Assembly (NCBI GenBank): GCA_965213675.1
Contig: CBDCAF010000020.1
Span: forward strand, 1-57,712
DNA length: 57,712 nt
From: an uncultured Candidatus Binatia bacterium
GTDB lineage: Bacteria; Desulfobacterota; Binatia; UBA9968; JAJDTQ01
Reading direction: 5' to 3'
Below, piece by piece: positions 42,601-51,575 of this stretch. The notes under the pieces are model-generated. The model saw nothing but the letters and a program-made list of their open reading frames with translations, had not been told where the DNA came from and ran no database searches. Position 1 is the stretch's first letter; each line of letters starts with the position of its first letter. The translations under genes and the position numbers were made by a program.

Positions 42601-42809
42601 TTGAGACAAGCCACAAAGCCCGCATGGCGATCCTCGAATCGCAGCTTGCCCAAGGGGCGAACGACCGCATCCGAATCATGAAGGCGGCTCAACAGACGAA
42701 CGCCCGAGCCGACTACCAACGGCGATCCAAGGAAATAGACGATGCTACCAGCAAGGCCGACATCACGGCTAAGCCGGTAGCTTGGGGAATCATCCGCGTG
42801 AATACGTAA
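39678..42809 (+). CDS. SNF2-family helicase/translocase (RapA/DrmD-like architecture)
   Basis: IADSVGVGKT, DEAHH, TATP, EGLDYQ, YDLPWNP, QRIGRIDR; SH3-like N-terminus; start uncertain (39639 or 39678). Confidence 0.92.
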   Translation: MAGEKRQIFTAQRVDPREPELSQSTSARFSPGDVVRLRADPEQSGVVTHVHPVGQETRYQVFIDGNVGSFYESQLELARATSETDSVVPLAEFHACLTALQLLHPSVSKLYSLHAARIDCIPYQFRPVLKFIQTDRPRLLIADSVGVGKTIEAGLILRELQARRDMRRVLIICPRPLMTEQKWRLEMKRFDESFVHLDGPKLRYCISETDLDGEWPQQYEKAILPFSLLTEEFLHGRGTAKGLLDLDPPPQFDLVIVDEAHHIRNAETQRHQAVRFFCDNAEAVLFLTATPIQLGEHDLYVLLNALRPDVVIDHAGYTAMVEPNAHINEAALIARAGEPGWVGKSQDALGRAAETPWGKTVLRENPRFQNLCDALGDFGDERSGRVQAIREIEQLHTLSGLMNRTLRRDIGEFTQRKPETVTIDFTPAQRELHDAVLAAQASIYAAIHGDRSVNFLLTTIRRQAASCIHGLAPLLRDILTRRIGGLEWDDLADAEGAPVGADDAVSKIKALVNDALALAEKLPPDPVGDPKFQALRRVLEQKKALTNNKVMLFSTFRHTLAYLYEALREAGCRVGLIHGGVEDDERIAFRARFEMDQMAPEALDVLLFSEVGCEGLDYQFCDCIVNYDLPWNPMRIDQRIGRIDRWGQASAAVAIYNLITPGTIDAEIYDRCLLRIGVFERALGANEVILGEVTRELTSVGENLTLTEEERQAKLDQLADNSIRLVTEQRELENRQTELFGLRPPADQFQQDVDDATSYWLTPDSIDRLVTHYLKSVTGKEGTPVLGKGPKKTLRVSRSGRDALLADFGKLTSRTATVAREWEMWLKGTEPNLSVTYDSACAKGDRSVTLITPVHPLALQAAHALGAVGRGRPLTAIEVSAPKVVPGDYPFAVYQWQFHGIRNDVDFQPVTTQTELTAQFTQLLPGAKECTLPVGGLSANDRNSIEEEHYRLWSDARAEHVEETNRLADFRRGSLETSHKARMAILESQLAQGANDRIRIMKAAQQTNARADYQRRSKEIDDATSKADITAKPVAWGIIRVNT

Positions 42810-42812
42810 ACC

Positions 42813-45800
42813 ATGTCAAGCGACTACGAAGCGATTACTCGTGACAATATCCGTCGGCGCGGGGAGGAGTTCGACGACATCGGCAATCTTCTTGCCGAAA
42901 AGCTCTACGGGGACCGCGCACACTTTATCTATGAGCTGCTACAGAACACGGAGGACGCCCTTGCTTTGCGTCGCCAGAGGGAGCCAGACGTAGACTTCTG
43001 CGGCGAGGTTCTCTTCCGCCTATGCATCGACCACCTGGAAGTGAGCCATTACGGGAAGCCTTTCGATGAAGACGACGTGGGAGGTGTTTGCGATGTTCTT
43101 CGCGGTACCAAGAATGAACGTCTGGACCAAATCGGGACGTTCGGCATTGGTTTCAAATCCGTCTATGCTTTCACGCGTTCGCCTGACATTCATTCTGGCG
43201 ACGAGCATTTCGCCATCACGCATTTCATCCGCCCTCACACCGTGAAACCCCGTCTCCTTGAAGACGCCTCACAAACCTTGTTTTATTTCCCTTTCGACCA
43301 CCCTGAATTTGATGCATCCGCTGCTTTTGATCTTATCCAGAGCAAACTCAAGTCTCTCGGTCCGAGGGCGCTTCTCTTCCTAAATCACGTTGATGGACTT
43401 CGCTGGATTGTTGAAGGAGGTGGACGCGGATTCTACATGCGGGACCACCAGACGAGCGAGGACGGCGGTACCCTCGTCCAGATCATGGGAGAGGGTACCA
43501 ACCAGGACGACACTGAGGAGGAGTGGCTAGTTGCGCATCGAGATGTGAATCACCCTGCTCGTGGCGAACAGCTCCCGGTCAAAGTGGCGTACCGTATAGA
43601 GCGGGACGAAGTTGGTGGATCCATCGTCGGTCTTCGCCCGTCGCTACTGACTGCATTCTTCCCAACCGCGAAAGAGACGGGCCTCGGTTTTCTGATACAC
43701 GGGCCCTTCGCCTCCACACCTGCCCGTGACAACATCGAAACTGACTCGGCTTGGAACACCCTGCTCTTACGTGAGCTTGCAACTCTGGTTTCTGACAGTC
43801 TGGACGTCTGCAAACAGCGTGGCTTTCTGACGCCGCAATTCCTAACGGTGCTACCGACCGACCCCGAGAGCTTCCCTGAAGGCTCGCCATTTCGACCAAT
43901 CTACGAGGCTGTTCTCGAAGCTTTCCAGACTCAAAGCGTAATACCGCGCGTCGGTGGTGGGCACATAAGAGCGGACCAGGCGGTTTTGGGCCGTTCGCAA
44001 GAACTGCGGAATCTGCTGTCTCCGGCCCTTCTGACGGAGGTCTTCGGCAATTCCGCTGAGACCAGGTATTGGGTTGACGCCGCCGTCACGGAGAACCGTC
44101 TCCCCGAACTCTGGCAATACTTGCGGGACGAATGCCATGTTCCGGTCCTCGACGGTGACGCGTTTGCACGGCAGATCACGGGTCACTTCCTGGAAGAGCA
44201 GGATGAGAAATGGATGGCCCGCTTCTATGCGTTTCTGAACGGGCAAGAGGCCCTTTGGAGGGTGTCTCGCTACGGGCCCGAAGGATCGCTCCGCAAGAAG
44301 GCGATTATTCGGTGCCAGGACGGACGACAGCGTCCGCCGTTTGATAGCGCCGGGAATCCTCTTGTCTTTCTCCCGATAGAGTCAAAGACCAACTGTGATG
44401 TCGTGCACAGGTCTATCTATGCCATGGAAGAGGCAGCGGAATTTATGCGTCGGCTCGGGTTGGTCGAACCCGACATCTGCACCCGTGTTCTCGATGAAAT
44501 CATCCCGCTTTACCGGGATGATGTAGAGGACGCAGCTCATAAAGAACATGTTGGAGTGATCGCCGATGCCATGCTCGCAGAAAATTCTCCGCGCTATGCC
44601 GCGATGTTGTCGGCGCTGAAGGCGACTACCTGGGCTCTGGCCACCAACGCAAAAACTGGGGAAGAAGACTACAAAGCACCTACTGAACTGTTTTTCCCAT
44701 CTTCTGAGTTGCGGGTTTTCTTTGAAGGTAACGAGGAAGTGGCATTCCTGGCTGAACAAGAAGAGGGAGTCAACTGGGAGAAACTCGGTGTAGGCAGCGA
44801 GCCAGTCATTCGCTTTCGGGGGTCCGCTAGGGAGCGCAATCGTTGGGTGACCCTGCTTTCCTGGCACGGTTGGCACGAGCGCGGTTACGACGGCTTTGAC
44901 CCGGAAACAACTGTGGCCGGCCTCGACCATGCTCTTACCAACATCACGTCTCCACGGGCCGCATACATTTGGAACGAGCTGTTGCCTCCCCTCATACGAT
45001 TCCTCCACGGCCGTTACCAGAAGGCAACACACCGAAACTACGATAACGCAACCACCTGTGAAGGCGATTCCGTCGTCTGCAAGATGCTGAAGAGCCATGC
45101 CTGGATTCCTGTACGGAGTGGCGGGTTCAAGAAGCCTTCCGAGTGTACACTTGCCGATCTGGCCGGTGAATTGAGACGGAATGAAGACCTTGCGGAAGTT
45201 CTTGGCGTCCGTCCCGATCCCGTGAAAGTAGCCGAGGAGACGCTCGAGAGTGAACAGAACCTTGTTGCCGCAGGATTCTCTCCTGAGGTTGCCGCCCTCC
45301 TCGTCAACAACAAGGAGGTCCTGACGCCAGAACTCATCAAGACATTGTTGGGCAGTCGCGGTACGGGATCCTCAAGTCAACCCCCATTTCCCGAGCGGCC
45401 GGTTCCTAATAGAGAGCGCCGAGTTGGTCGGGTCGGTGAACGCGTGAAAAAGGCAGACCCCAAGACTTACGACAAACGAAAGCGCTCTGTTCGTACTTCC
45501 AAACCGGAAGTCCCGGCGGACGCGTGGCTTCGCGAGATGTACACGAATCCAGAGGGCACCACCGTTTGCCAAATGTGCTGTCAGGCGATGCCCTTCAAGC
45601 TTCCCCGAACGGGCGAGTATTACTTTGAAGCCGTCCAGATAGCGGACAACTTCCCTATAGAGGAACACTGTATGTACTTGGCGTTGTGCCCGCTGTGCGC
45701 CGCGAAGTACAAGGTATTGGTGAAGGGGGACGCAGATTATCTCAAGGAGTTCATCTGGGCGATAGAGGAGGCGAACGAGAAAGTCGTTTCAACAGAAATG

Positions 45801-45881
45801 GACGGAACGCCCTGTACAATACGTTTCGTTGAGTCCCACCTTCTTGACGTGAAGACCGCGCTGTCAGAATGCTTATCCTGA
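42813..45881 (+). CDS. Sacsin-like GHKL ATPase with C-terminal CxxC...CxxC (HNH-like) domain
   Basis: YELLQNTEDA, GKPF, GTFGIGFKSVY, IHGPF; C-terminal CQMC...YFEAV...LCPLC. Confidence 0.83.
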   Translation: MSSDYEAITRDNIRRRGEEFDDIGNLLAEKLYGDRAHFIYELLQNTEDALALRRQREPDVDFCGEVLFRLCIDHLEVSHYGKPFDEDDVGGVCDVLRGTKNERLDQIGTFGIGFKSVYAFTRSPDIHSGDEHFAITHFIRPHTVKPRLLEDASQTLFYFPFDHPEFDASAAFDLIQSKLKSLGPRALLFLNHVDGLRWIVEGGGRGFYMRDHQTSEDGGTLVQIMGEGTNQDDTEEEWLVAHRDVNHPARGEQLPVKVAYRIERDEVGGSIVGLRPSLLTAFFPTAKETGLGFLIHGPFASTPARDNIETDSAWNTLLLRELATLVSDSLDVCKQRGFLTPQFLTVLPTDPESFPEGSPFRPIYEAVLEAFQTQSVIPRVGGGHIRADQAVLGRSQELRNLLSPALLTEVFGNSAETRYWVDAAVTENRLPELWQYLRDECHVPVLDGDAFARQITGHFLEEQDEKWMARFYAFLNGQEALWRVSRYGPEGSLRKKAIIRCQDGRQRPPFDSAGNPLVFLPIESKTNCDVVHRSIYAMEEAAEFMRRLGLVEPDICTRVLDEIIPLYRDDVEDAAHKEHVGVIADAMLAENSPRYAAMLSALKATTWALATNAKTGEEDYKAPTELFFPSSELRVFFEGNEEVAFLAEQEEGVNWEKLGVGSEPVIRFRGSARERNRWVTLLSWHGWHERGYDGFDPETTVAGLDHALTNITSPRAAYIWNELLPPLIRFLHGRYQKATHRNYDNATTCEGDSVVCKMLKSHAWIPVRSGGFKKPSECTLADLAGELRRNEDLAEVLGVRPDPVKVAEETLESEQNLVAAGFSPEVAALLVNNKEVLTPELIKTLLGSRGTGSSSQPPFPERPVPNRERRVGRVGERVKKADPKTYDKRKRSVRTSKPEVPADAWLREMYTNPEGTTVCQMCCQAMPFKLPRTGEYYFEAVQIADNFPIEEHCMYLALCPLCAAKYKVLVKGDADYLKEFIWAIEEANEKVVSTEMDGTPCTIRFVESHLLDVKTALSECLS

Positions 45882-46233
45882 CGACTAGGAGGTTGCCCTT
45901 GTAGCCAGGAATCGCTGAGGGGCACGCAAATGGCGTCCTTTCCCCTCTCTAAGATCCGCTTACTCTGACAAACCCCCTATCCTCGGTCGACAAGCTTCGC
46001 TGCACGCCAAGGTGCCCAACCACACATGGGAAACCTTTGAGCACCCACAAGACGGCGAGCGAGAAACCTCGAACCTACCTCAGACAGGTAGTCGTACGAT
46101 GATCGAAAGAGGTCGGATCTAACGCACCGGCGAGGCACGTCCAGAAGATCTGATCTCTGGAGAACCTGGACGGCACGGTGGGGCGGCGGACCGTGCCACG
46201 ACACTCGGAGGAATGAAAAGGTCGGCGGGTCTG

Positions 46234-46359
46234 CGGCAGCGTTCCCCGGTGACATGGGTGTCGGGCATGGCGCGGACCTCCTTTGCAGTCGGGTGGGGGC
46301 GCCCGGGCTCGGGGCTCTCCGGGTTTCGCCCGGCCCACGCCGCCCGCCACCTCCCGGCG
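46234..46359 (+). repeat. Diverged direct repeat, copy 2 (with aborted MPDTHVT gene start)
   Basis: Aligns with 39001..39123. Confidence 0.75.
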
Positions 46360-46425
46360 TTGGACAGCGCGTTGTGGGGGTCGCAGCGACCGACCGCCAC
46401 CGGCGGGACAGTCGCCGTCAGCGGA

Positions 46426-46803
46426 TCAGCGGAGGTGCTCGTTGTCCCGGAGCAGCTCTTCCTCCATTTCGCGAAGCCAGGCGTAGCGGCCTGTCCGCAT
46501 CGCCCATTCCTCCATTTCGCCGTCGTCTTCCGGCAGCTCGTAACCTGAGAAGGTGGACCAATCGGAGTGACGGAACCCCCGCCAGAGGGCGCCCGCGAGG
46601 CTTGCGGCAACGGTCCAGGCAATCGCCGCCATCCAGAGCGGGCCGACGTGCTCCGCGCCCGCGCCGAGAACGAGCACCGCTGCGTTGTAGACAGCGGCGA
46701 GGGCAAGCCCGCCGAGTACCAGGGCGCGGGCGTGCCAAGTGATCCGGCGCGCGGAGCGGCCCGGTCCGTTGTCCTGAGTTGTGTATGTTCCCGTCATGTT
46801 CAT
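46426..46803 (-). CDS. Small membrane protein (2 TM)
   Basis: Two hydrophobic segments and an acidic tail. Confidence 0.65.
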   Translation of the reverse strand: MNMTGTYTTQDNGPGRSARRITWHARALVLGGLALAAVYNAAVLVLGAGAEHVGPLWMAAIAWTVAASLAGALWRGFRHSDWSTFSGYELPEDDGEMEEWAMRTGRYAWLREMEEELLRDNEHLR

Positions 46804-46929
46804 GGCTCCACTATGTCGGTGGGAGCGGGGCGGGTCCGGGCTCCCGCCGGCGCTGCGCTGATTGAGTTGACAGAGGAGGACAAAGGGTCTTCTTCGGTGT
46901 ACCGACGAAGACGCCTCTTGCCGGAGGTA

Positions 46930-48267
46930 TCAGGAGGTTGCGATGTCGATGCGCTCGCCCCAGGGCTCGCAACTGCGCTCCGGCGGGGCCGTATTCCAGT
47001 TGACCCAGACCACGTCGAACCCGGGCTGGGCCTCTGGGTAACTGGAGCACTCCATGTCCGTGAAGTAGAGGCACAGGGTTGGCTGTATCCCCTGCTCATC
47101 GAGCCACTCGAAGCCCGGGCGGAAGTCGGTGCCGCCCCGGCCCTTGAGCACGATCTCGCCGGGGAGGTCGTCGGCCGTGTACTCGGCCGCGTCCTGCAGT
47201 GCGGCGTCGACCTGGAGCACGATGACCCTCTCGGGGCGGATCTCGTCAACGACCTCGCGCAACTCCGCCCAGAACTCGGCCAGGGTCTGGGCGGGAACGG
47301 AACCCGAGGTGTCGATGATGACCGTGATCGTGTCGATGCCCTCGGAGCGGATCGAGGGTAGGTAGAGGCCCGAGTCGATGAAGCGCCTGTTGGGTGCGCT
47401 CCAGCTGTAGTCGCGTCTGGCGGCGTCGGTCATGTAGCGGCGCAGCAGCGTCCGCCAGTCGAGCGTGCTGGCGTGGGCGTTTCGGACAGTCTCCTCGACG
47501 CCTCCCGGCGCCTTGCCCTCGGCCCTGGCGATGCTGAGGGCCTGGTGCATGGCCTCGTCCCAGGCCTGCTCCTCGGCGGCGGTGTCCACCAGTGTCTCAG
47601 AGGGATCGGAGCCTTCTCCTGCACGGGAGGCGGCGTCCATGACCTCGCCGGTGCCGGAAGGATCGTGGCTCGGCGGCCCACTGGATGCACCGTCCTTGTC
47701 GTGGGGGCTTTTCTGCCCATCTTGGCCGTCACCGGCGGGGTCCGACGGATCGCCGAGCTCCTCGCTGTCGCCGCCGGAAGGCGCATGGCCGCCCGCCCCG
47801 GCGCCCCCGCCGCCGACATCCTGGGACGCGTTCCCTTCGTCACCCGAGTCGCCCTCCCCGGGATCCGGCAGGCGGTCATATGCCTGCTCCACGCTCAGGT
47901 CCTCCCAGGCCTCGGCATCGGGCGGGAGGGTGAAAACCGCATCGCGGAGCAATGCGTGGGTGACGAGCTGCGAGGCCTGCTGCCACCGTTCCGGGTCCCG
48001 GTCTCCCCGGCGGGTGTGGTGCTTGAGCGCGCACGCCATCACCACCCGCGCCATGGCGGTCTCGATGAGGTGCGCATCGGTTTCAGCTACCCAGCGGGGT
48101 GAGTAGCGGATCTCGTGTCCGTCGCTCGCAAGCGTCGTACGTGTGGGATCGGCCCGGAGCGGGAGCCTCAGCACGAGGCTCCCGAAGAAGGGCTGCTTTT
48201 GCAGGAGCCGGGTCACGCAGTCGCTGACCCGGAGCGCGGACTCGGCGAGTACGTTGGCGGACATCAC
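46930..48267 (-). CDS. DUF2201-type metallopeptidase-like + vWA protein
   Basis: QPFFGSL, ASDG, acidic linker, LDWRTLLR, MIDAS DTSGS, RGGTDF, YFTD. Confidence 0.87.
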   Translation of the reverse strand: MMSANVLAESALRVSDCVTRLLQKQPFFGSLVLRLPLRADPTRTTLASDGHEIRYSPRWVAETDAHLIETAMARVVMACALKHHTRRGDRDPERWQQASQLVTHALLRDAVFTLPPDAEAWEDLSVEQAYDRLPDPGEGDSGDEGNASQDVGGGGAGAGGHAPSGGDSEELGDPSDPAGDGQDGQKSPHDKDGASSGPPSHDPSGTGEVMDAASRAGEGSDPSETLVDTAAEEQAWDEAMHQALSIARAEGKAPGGVEETVRNAHASTLDWRTLLRRYMTDAARRDYSWSAPNRRFIDSGLYLPSIRSEGIDTITVIIDTSGSVPAQTLAEFWAELREVVDEIRPERVIVLQVDAALQDAAEYTADDLPGEIVLKGRGGTDFRPGFEWLDEQGIQPTLCLYFTDMECSSYPEAQPGFDVVWVNWNTAPPERSCEPWGERIDIATS

Positions 48268-49154
48268 GCCACCTCTTGTACCCGCGGCGTGAAGTAGCCG
48301 GCGAACTGCTCCATGAGCGCGTCGGCGTCGCTCTTCACCTTCGCCCGGACAGCGGGGTCGAAGGTCCCGGACGGACGGAGCGAGTCCGGCTCCACGCCGG
48401 CGATCCTGTCCTTCACCTGCTCGCAGAGGCTCGCCAGCCTGTGGTCGCCGAAGATGTTAAGGCGGGGGACCACGTCCACCAGATCCCGGATGTTGGATAT
48501 CATGGTGTCTCGGAACACCAACGGCTTGCCGTTGTCGTTCTCGGTCAGACGCTCCGAGACCCGCTCGACCGCCTCGGCCAGGCGCCGGTAGAGGTCTCCC
48601 ACGGCGTCGTGGAGCTGTTCCTCGATGTGGAGCTCAATCTCGCGCTTCACCCGCTCGGTGTCGTCCGAGGCCAGCCTGGCCATGAAATGGTCCGCGTCGG
48701 GCACGGGCGTGATGCGGTAGCGGATGGAGAACCTGTCCCGGAGATCCTCCTTCGATGGATACTCCTCCATGCGAAAGAGTTTGCCCAGGTCGATCCGGGC
48801 CTGCTCGACGTAGTCGTCGTACTCCTCGATGAAGCGGGTGCGCTGACGCACCAGGCGCTCCCGGAGTCCGTCCATGACTTGGGTGTAGTACTCGTAGTTG
48901 GCGACGGTGAGGAGCCGCGAGCCCTTGTCGTCCCACGGCAGCGAGTTCGAGTAGTGCCGGGTCCTGGCCTCGTTCATGGTGGCGTTGAGCGCGGCCAGGG
49001 CCGCCTTGGGCAGAAGTCGTTTGTTGTACCGCCCCGCGCTTGTGCTGGCGTCATGGTGGGCGGCGACGTGGTCGCTCGCCTCGCGGTCGTAGAGCCGGCT
49101 GGACCAGGCGCTTATGCGCAGCCCGACCAGCATGGCATCTCTGTTGAGGTCCAT
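48264..49154 (-). CDS. DUF3150-like helical protein
   Basis: LRISAWS, YNKRLL, SLPWDDKGSRLL, EYPS, FRDT; located between MoxR and vWA genes. Confidence 0.6.
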   Translation of the reverse strand: MDLNRDAMLVGLRISAWSSRLYDREASDHVAAHHDASTSAGRYNKRLLPKAALAALNATMNEARTRHYSNSLPWDDKGSRLLTVANYEYYTQVMDGLRERLVRQRTRFIEEYDDYVEQARIDLGKLFRMEEYPSKEDLRDRFSIRYRITPVPDADHFMARLASDDTERVKREIELHIEEQLHDAVGDLYRRLAEAVERVSERLTENDNGKPLVFRDTMISNIRDLVDVVPRLNIFGDHRLASLCEQVKDRIAGVEPDSLRPSGTFDPAVRAKVKSDADALMEQFAGYFTPRVQEVA

Positions 49155-49174
49155 GATGGGTTCCTCCTTCAGGG

Positions 49175-49306
49175 CTACCTGAGGGTCCACAGGGGGACGT
49201 TGATTGCAGCGGCGAGTTTACGCGCGGCCTCGCGGCTGCGCGCCCTCACGGCGTACTCGCACGAGTTGGCACAGCCCGCGGGGTAGTGAGTTGTCATCCA
49301 GTGCAT
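49175..49306 (-). CDS. 43-aa small ORF (absent from the ORF track)
   Basis: RBS GGGAGGA; MHWMTTHYPAGCANSCEYAVRARSREAARKLAAAINVPLWTLR fills the intergenic gap. Confidence 0.5.
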   Translation of the reverse strand: MHWMTTHYPAGCANSCEYAVRARSREAARKLAAAINVPLWTLR

Positions 49307-49318
49307 GAGCTTCCTCCC

Positions 49319-50344
49319 TCACCGGGTCCTTGCCGCGGCCCAGCGGATGAAGGCGGGCGAGCGCTGGAGAGCCGGGTCCCGGCGCACGCACGCGCCCACC
49401 AGCGACTCTCCCACCTCCCTCCTGAGCCGTTCCGCGAACGTGACGATGGCGTCCATGGTGACATCGCTTGCGAGCCGGTAGAGCGAGCCGCAGAGCGCCA
49501 TCAGCGCGCTCGCGTTCTCCGGGATGTCCGCGTTCCCGGGGTCGGCGAGGACCGCCCGCGGGTGGGGCAACTCCCGCCACACCTTCAGGAACGCCGAGAA
49601 CTCCACCGCCGCCGCCTCGCCCACCGCGCCCCGGAAGAGCGCCCGCTCGACTGCCGGATCGAGGCCGTTCCGGAGCTTGACGATGTTTGAGGTGAACTCC
49701 CATGTCCTGGGGCACGGGTAGGCGCGTTCCCTGGACTGCGGGTCGAACTGGTGCAGGAGGTCCGGTTTGTATGTGACGAAATACAGAACTTCGGGAGCGA
49801 TGCCGTTGGCGGCGCCCCAGGCGAGCCAGTCCTCCGCATCGACACGGATATCGAGGTGAACGAATCGCGAGGCCAGGGGCGTGGGCATGCGGTGGACGAC
49901 GCCGCGGTCGGTCTCCCGGTTGCCGCAGGCTATGAGCGACGCTCCCTCGGGAAGCTCGTACTCGCCGACCTTTCGATCGAGCACCAGCTGGTACAAGGCC
50001 GCCTGGACCATCGGGACAGCGGAGGGCAGCTCTTCGAGGTTGATGAGCCAGCGGCCGGTATCGTCGGACGGGGGCAGGAAAGCGGGCGGCGCCCAGCGGG
50101 TGCGGTCATCGGTGTCGCGCCAGGGGATGCCGCGCAGGTCCACGGGGTCGAGCAGCAGAGCCCGGACATCCACGTACTGGCGGTTCGTGTCCACGGCCAC
50201 CTGCTGGGCGATTTGGCTCTTGGCCGCGCCGGGCGGCCCGAAGACGATGGTCGGCTGGCGGGCCTCGACCAGCAGGGCGAGGACCGAAGCCAGTTCGCTG
50301 GGGCGAAGCGTGTAGTCGGCGGAGATCTTCTCGGGAAGAGGCAT
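49319..50344 (-). CDS. MoxR-like AAA+ ATPase
   Basis: GPPGAAKS, DPVDLRGIP, LEEL, ACGN, PLASRF, PRTWE; start trimmed. Confidence 0.88.
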   Translation of the reverse strand: MPLPEKISADYTLRPSELASVLALLVEARQPTIVFGPPGAAKSQIAQQVAVDTNRQYVDVRALLLDPVDLRGIPWRDTDDRTRWAPPAFLPPSDDTGRWLINLEELPSAVPMVQAALYQLVLDRKVGEYELPEGASLIACGNRETDRGVVHRMPTPLASRFVHLDIRVDAEDWLAWGAANGIAPEVLYFVTYKPDLLHQFDPQSRERAYPCPRTWEFTSNIVKLRNGLDPAVERALFRGAVGEAAAVEFSAFLKVWRELPHPRAVLADPGNADIPENASALMALCGSLYRLASDVTMDAIVTFAERLRREVGESLVGACVRRDPALQRSPAFIRWAAARTR

Positions 50345-50651
50345 CGGCGTCCTCCGTGTTGAAGGGAATTCGGCGCGGAGGACGCTCTCCAGACCGTCCG
50401 TCCGCGCCCTCGCCGGAGGCCATCTCCACCTCTTTGGGACGCCGGGACGCACGGCAGGGATCGCAGGGGGGTTGCGCGGCAAGCCATGGGGCGATGCTCC
50501 TTCGGCATCCCGATTGCCTGCCCCTCGTTGAATCGGATAGGCTGGAGTTCTCCCGGAGAACTTGCGGGCGGGACCAATGATTGCGTGGGACGCCGGACGC
50601 GCTCTGCCGCGCCGACGTTACGGCGTGGGCAATTGTACAGGGGAGGACCAA

Positions 50652-51038
50652 ATGGCTGCGGATCTGAGAGTCAGCGTGAAGAGGCAGATTGATCGGTTGA
50701 AGAAGGAGTTGGCCGTGGCCACAGGGCAAGTCGCCGCGTTGCAGGAGGAGATCAAGAGGCACGAGCTGGTCTATGACATGCTCGATGGACGAAAGACCGG
50801 CAAGGGGTCACGGCGGGGCCGTCCGGTGGCAGGAGCGTTGAAACGGGGGCCACGCGGCGCGATGATCGATTGGGCTGCGGTCTTCGCGACACTGCCCGAC
50901 CAGTTCACGCTGGATTCCTTTCTCGCCCACGAAACGGCGGGCGAGAAGACCCGAGCGTACCTCCGGCAGCTGGTCTCGCGGTGGTCCAAGGAAGGACGGA
51001 TCACGCGCACCGGCCGGGGCATGTACGAGAAGACCTGA
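50652..51038 (+). CDS. Putative DNA-binding protein (coiled coil, RGRP, winged-helix-like C-terminus)
   Basis: RBS GGGAGG; C-terminal GRITRTGRGMYE wing motif. Confidence 0.6.
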   Translation: MAADLRVSVKRQIDRLKKELAVATGQVAALQEEIKRHELVYDMLDGRKTGKGSRRGRPVAGALKRGPRGAMIDWAAVFATLPDQFTLDSFLAHETAGEKTRAYLRQLVSRWSKEGRITRTGRGMYEKT

Positions 51039-51233
51039 TTCCGAACAACAACCGGACGGGACCGGCGGAGCCGGGTCTCGACTGACCCATTCCCAGCGGC
51101 TGTTTCAACGGTGCGCATCCGCGCATCGCAACTGCCCGAACCTAGCCCGTGGGGAGCGAGTCGCTTTTCAACAGCCGGTCGGCTACCTTGAGAGTTTTCC
51201 ATAAAGCCCGCAAGCTACGGAAGGAAAAATGAG

Positions 51234-51575
51234 ATGGCGACAACCGTAAACCGCAAGAACACGGCGCTCAAGGAGGCCATGACCAAGACCCAGATCCTGG
51301 ACGCCCTGTCCGAATCGACCGGGCTTCAAAAGAAGGACGTGGCCTCAGTGCTGGAGGAGCTCGGAGTGGTCATCGAGCGTCACGTCAAGAGACGCGCAGT
51401 GGGAACGTTCACCCTTCCGGGCCTGCTGAAGATCAAGGTGGTGCGCAAGCCCGCGACAAAGGCCCGCAAGATGATGTCGCCCTTCACCGGCCAGGAGATC
51501 GAGGTGGCCGCGAAGCCCGCCTCACGGGCGGTGAAGGTTCAGCCCCTGAGCGGGCTCAAGCGCATGACGAAGTAA
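51234..51575 (+). CDS. HU/IHF-family DNA-binding protein
   Basis: MTKTQILDALSESTGL, FTLPGLLK, SPFTGQEIEVAAKPA. Confidence 0.92.
   Translation: MATTVNRKNTALKEAMTKTQILDALSESTGLQKKDVASVLEELGVVIERHVKRRAVGTFTLPGLLKIKVVRKPATKARKMMSPFTGQEIEVAAKPASRAVKVQPLSGLKRMTK

Noticed and set aside
39678-42809. Calling the SNF2 gene DISARM, BREX or Zorya
   Set aside because: Required partners (DrmA/B/C, PglZ/BrxC, ZorA/B) are absent
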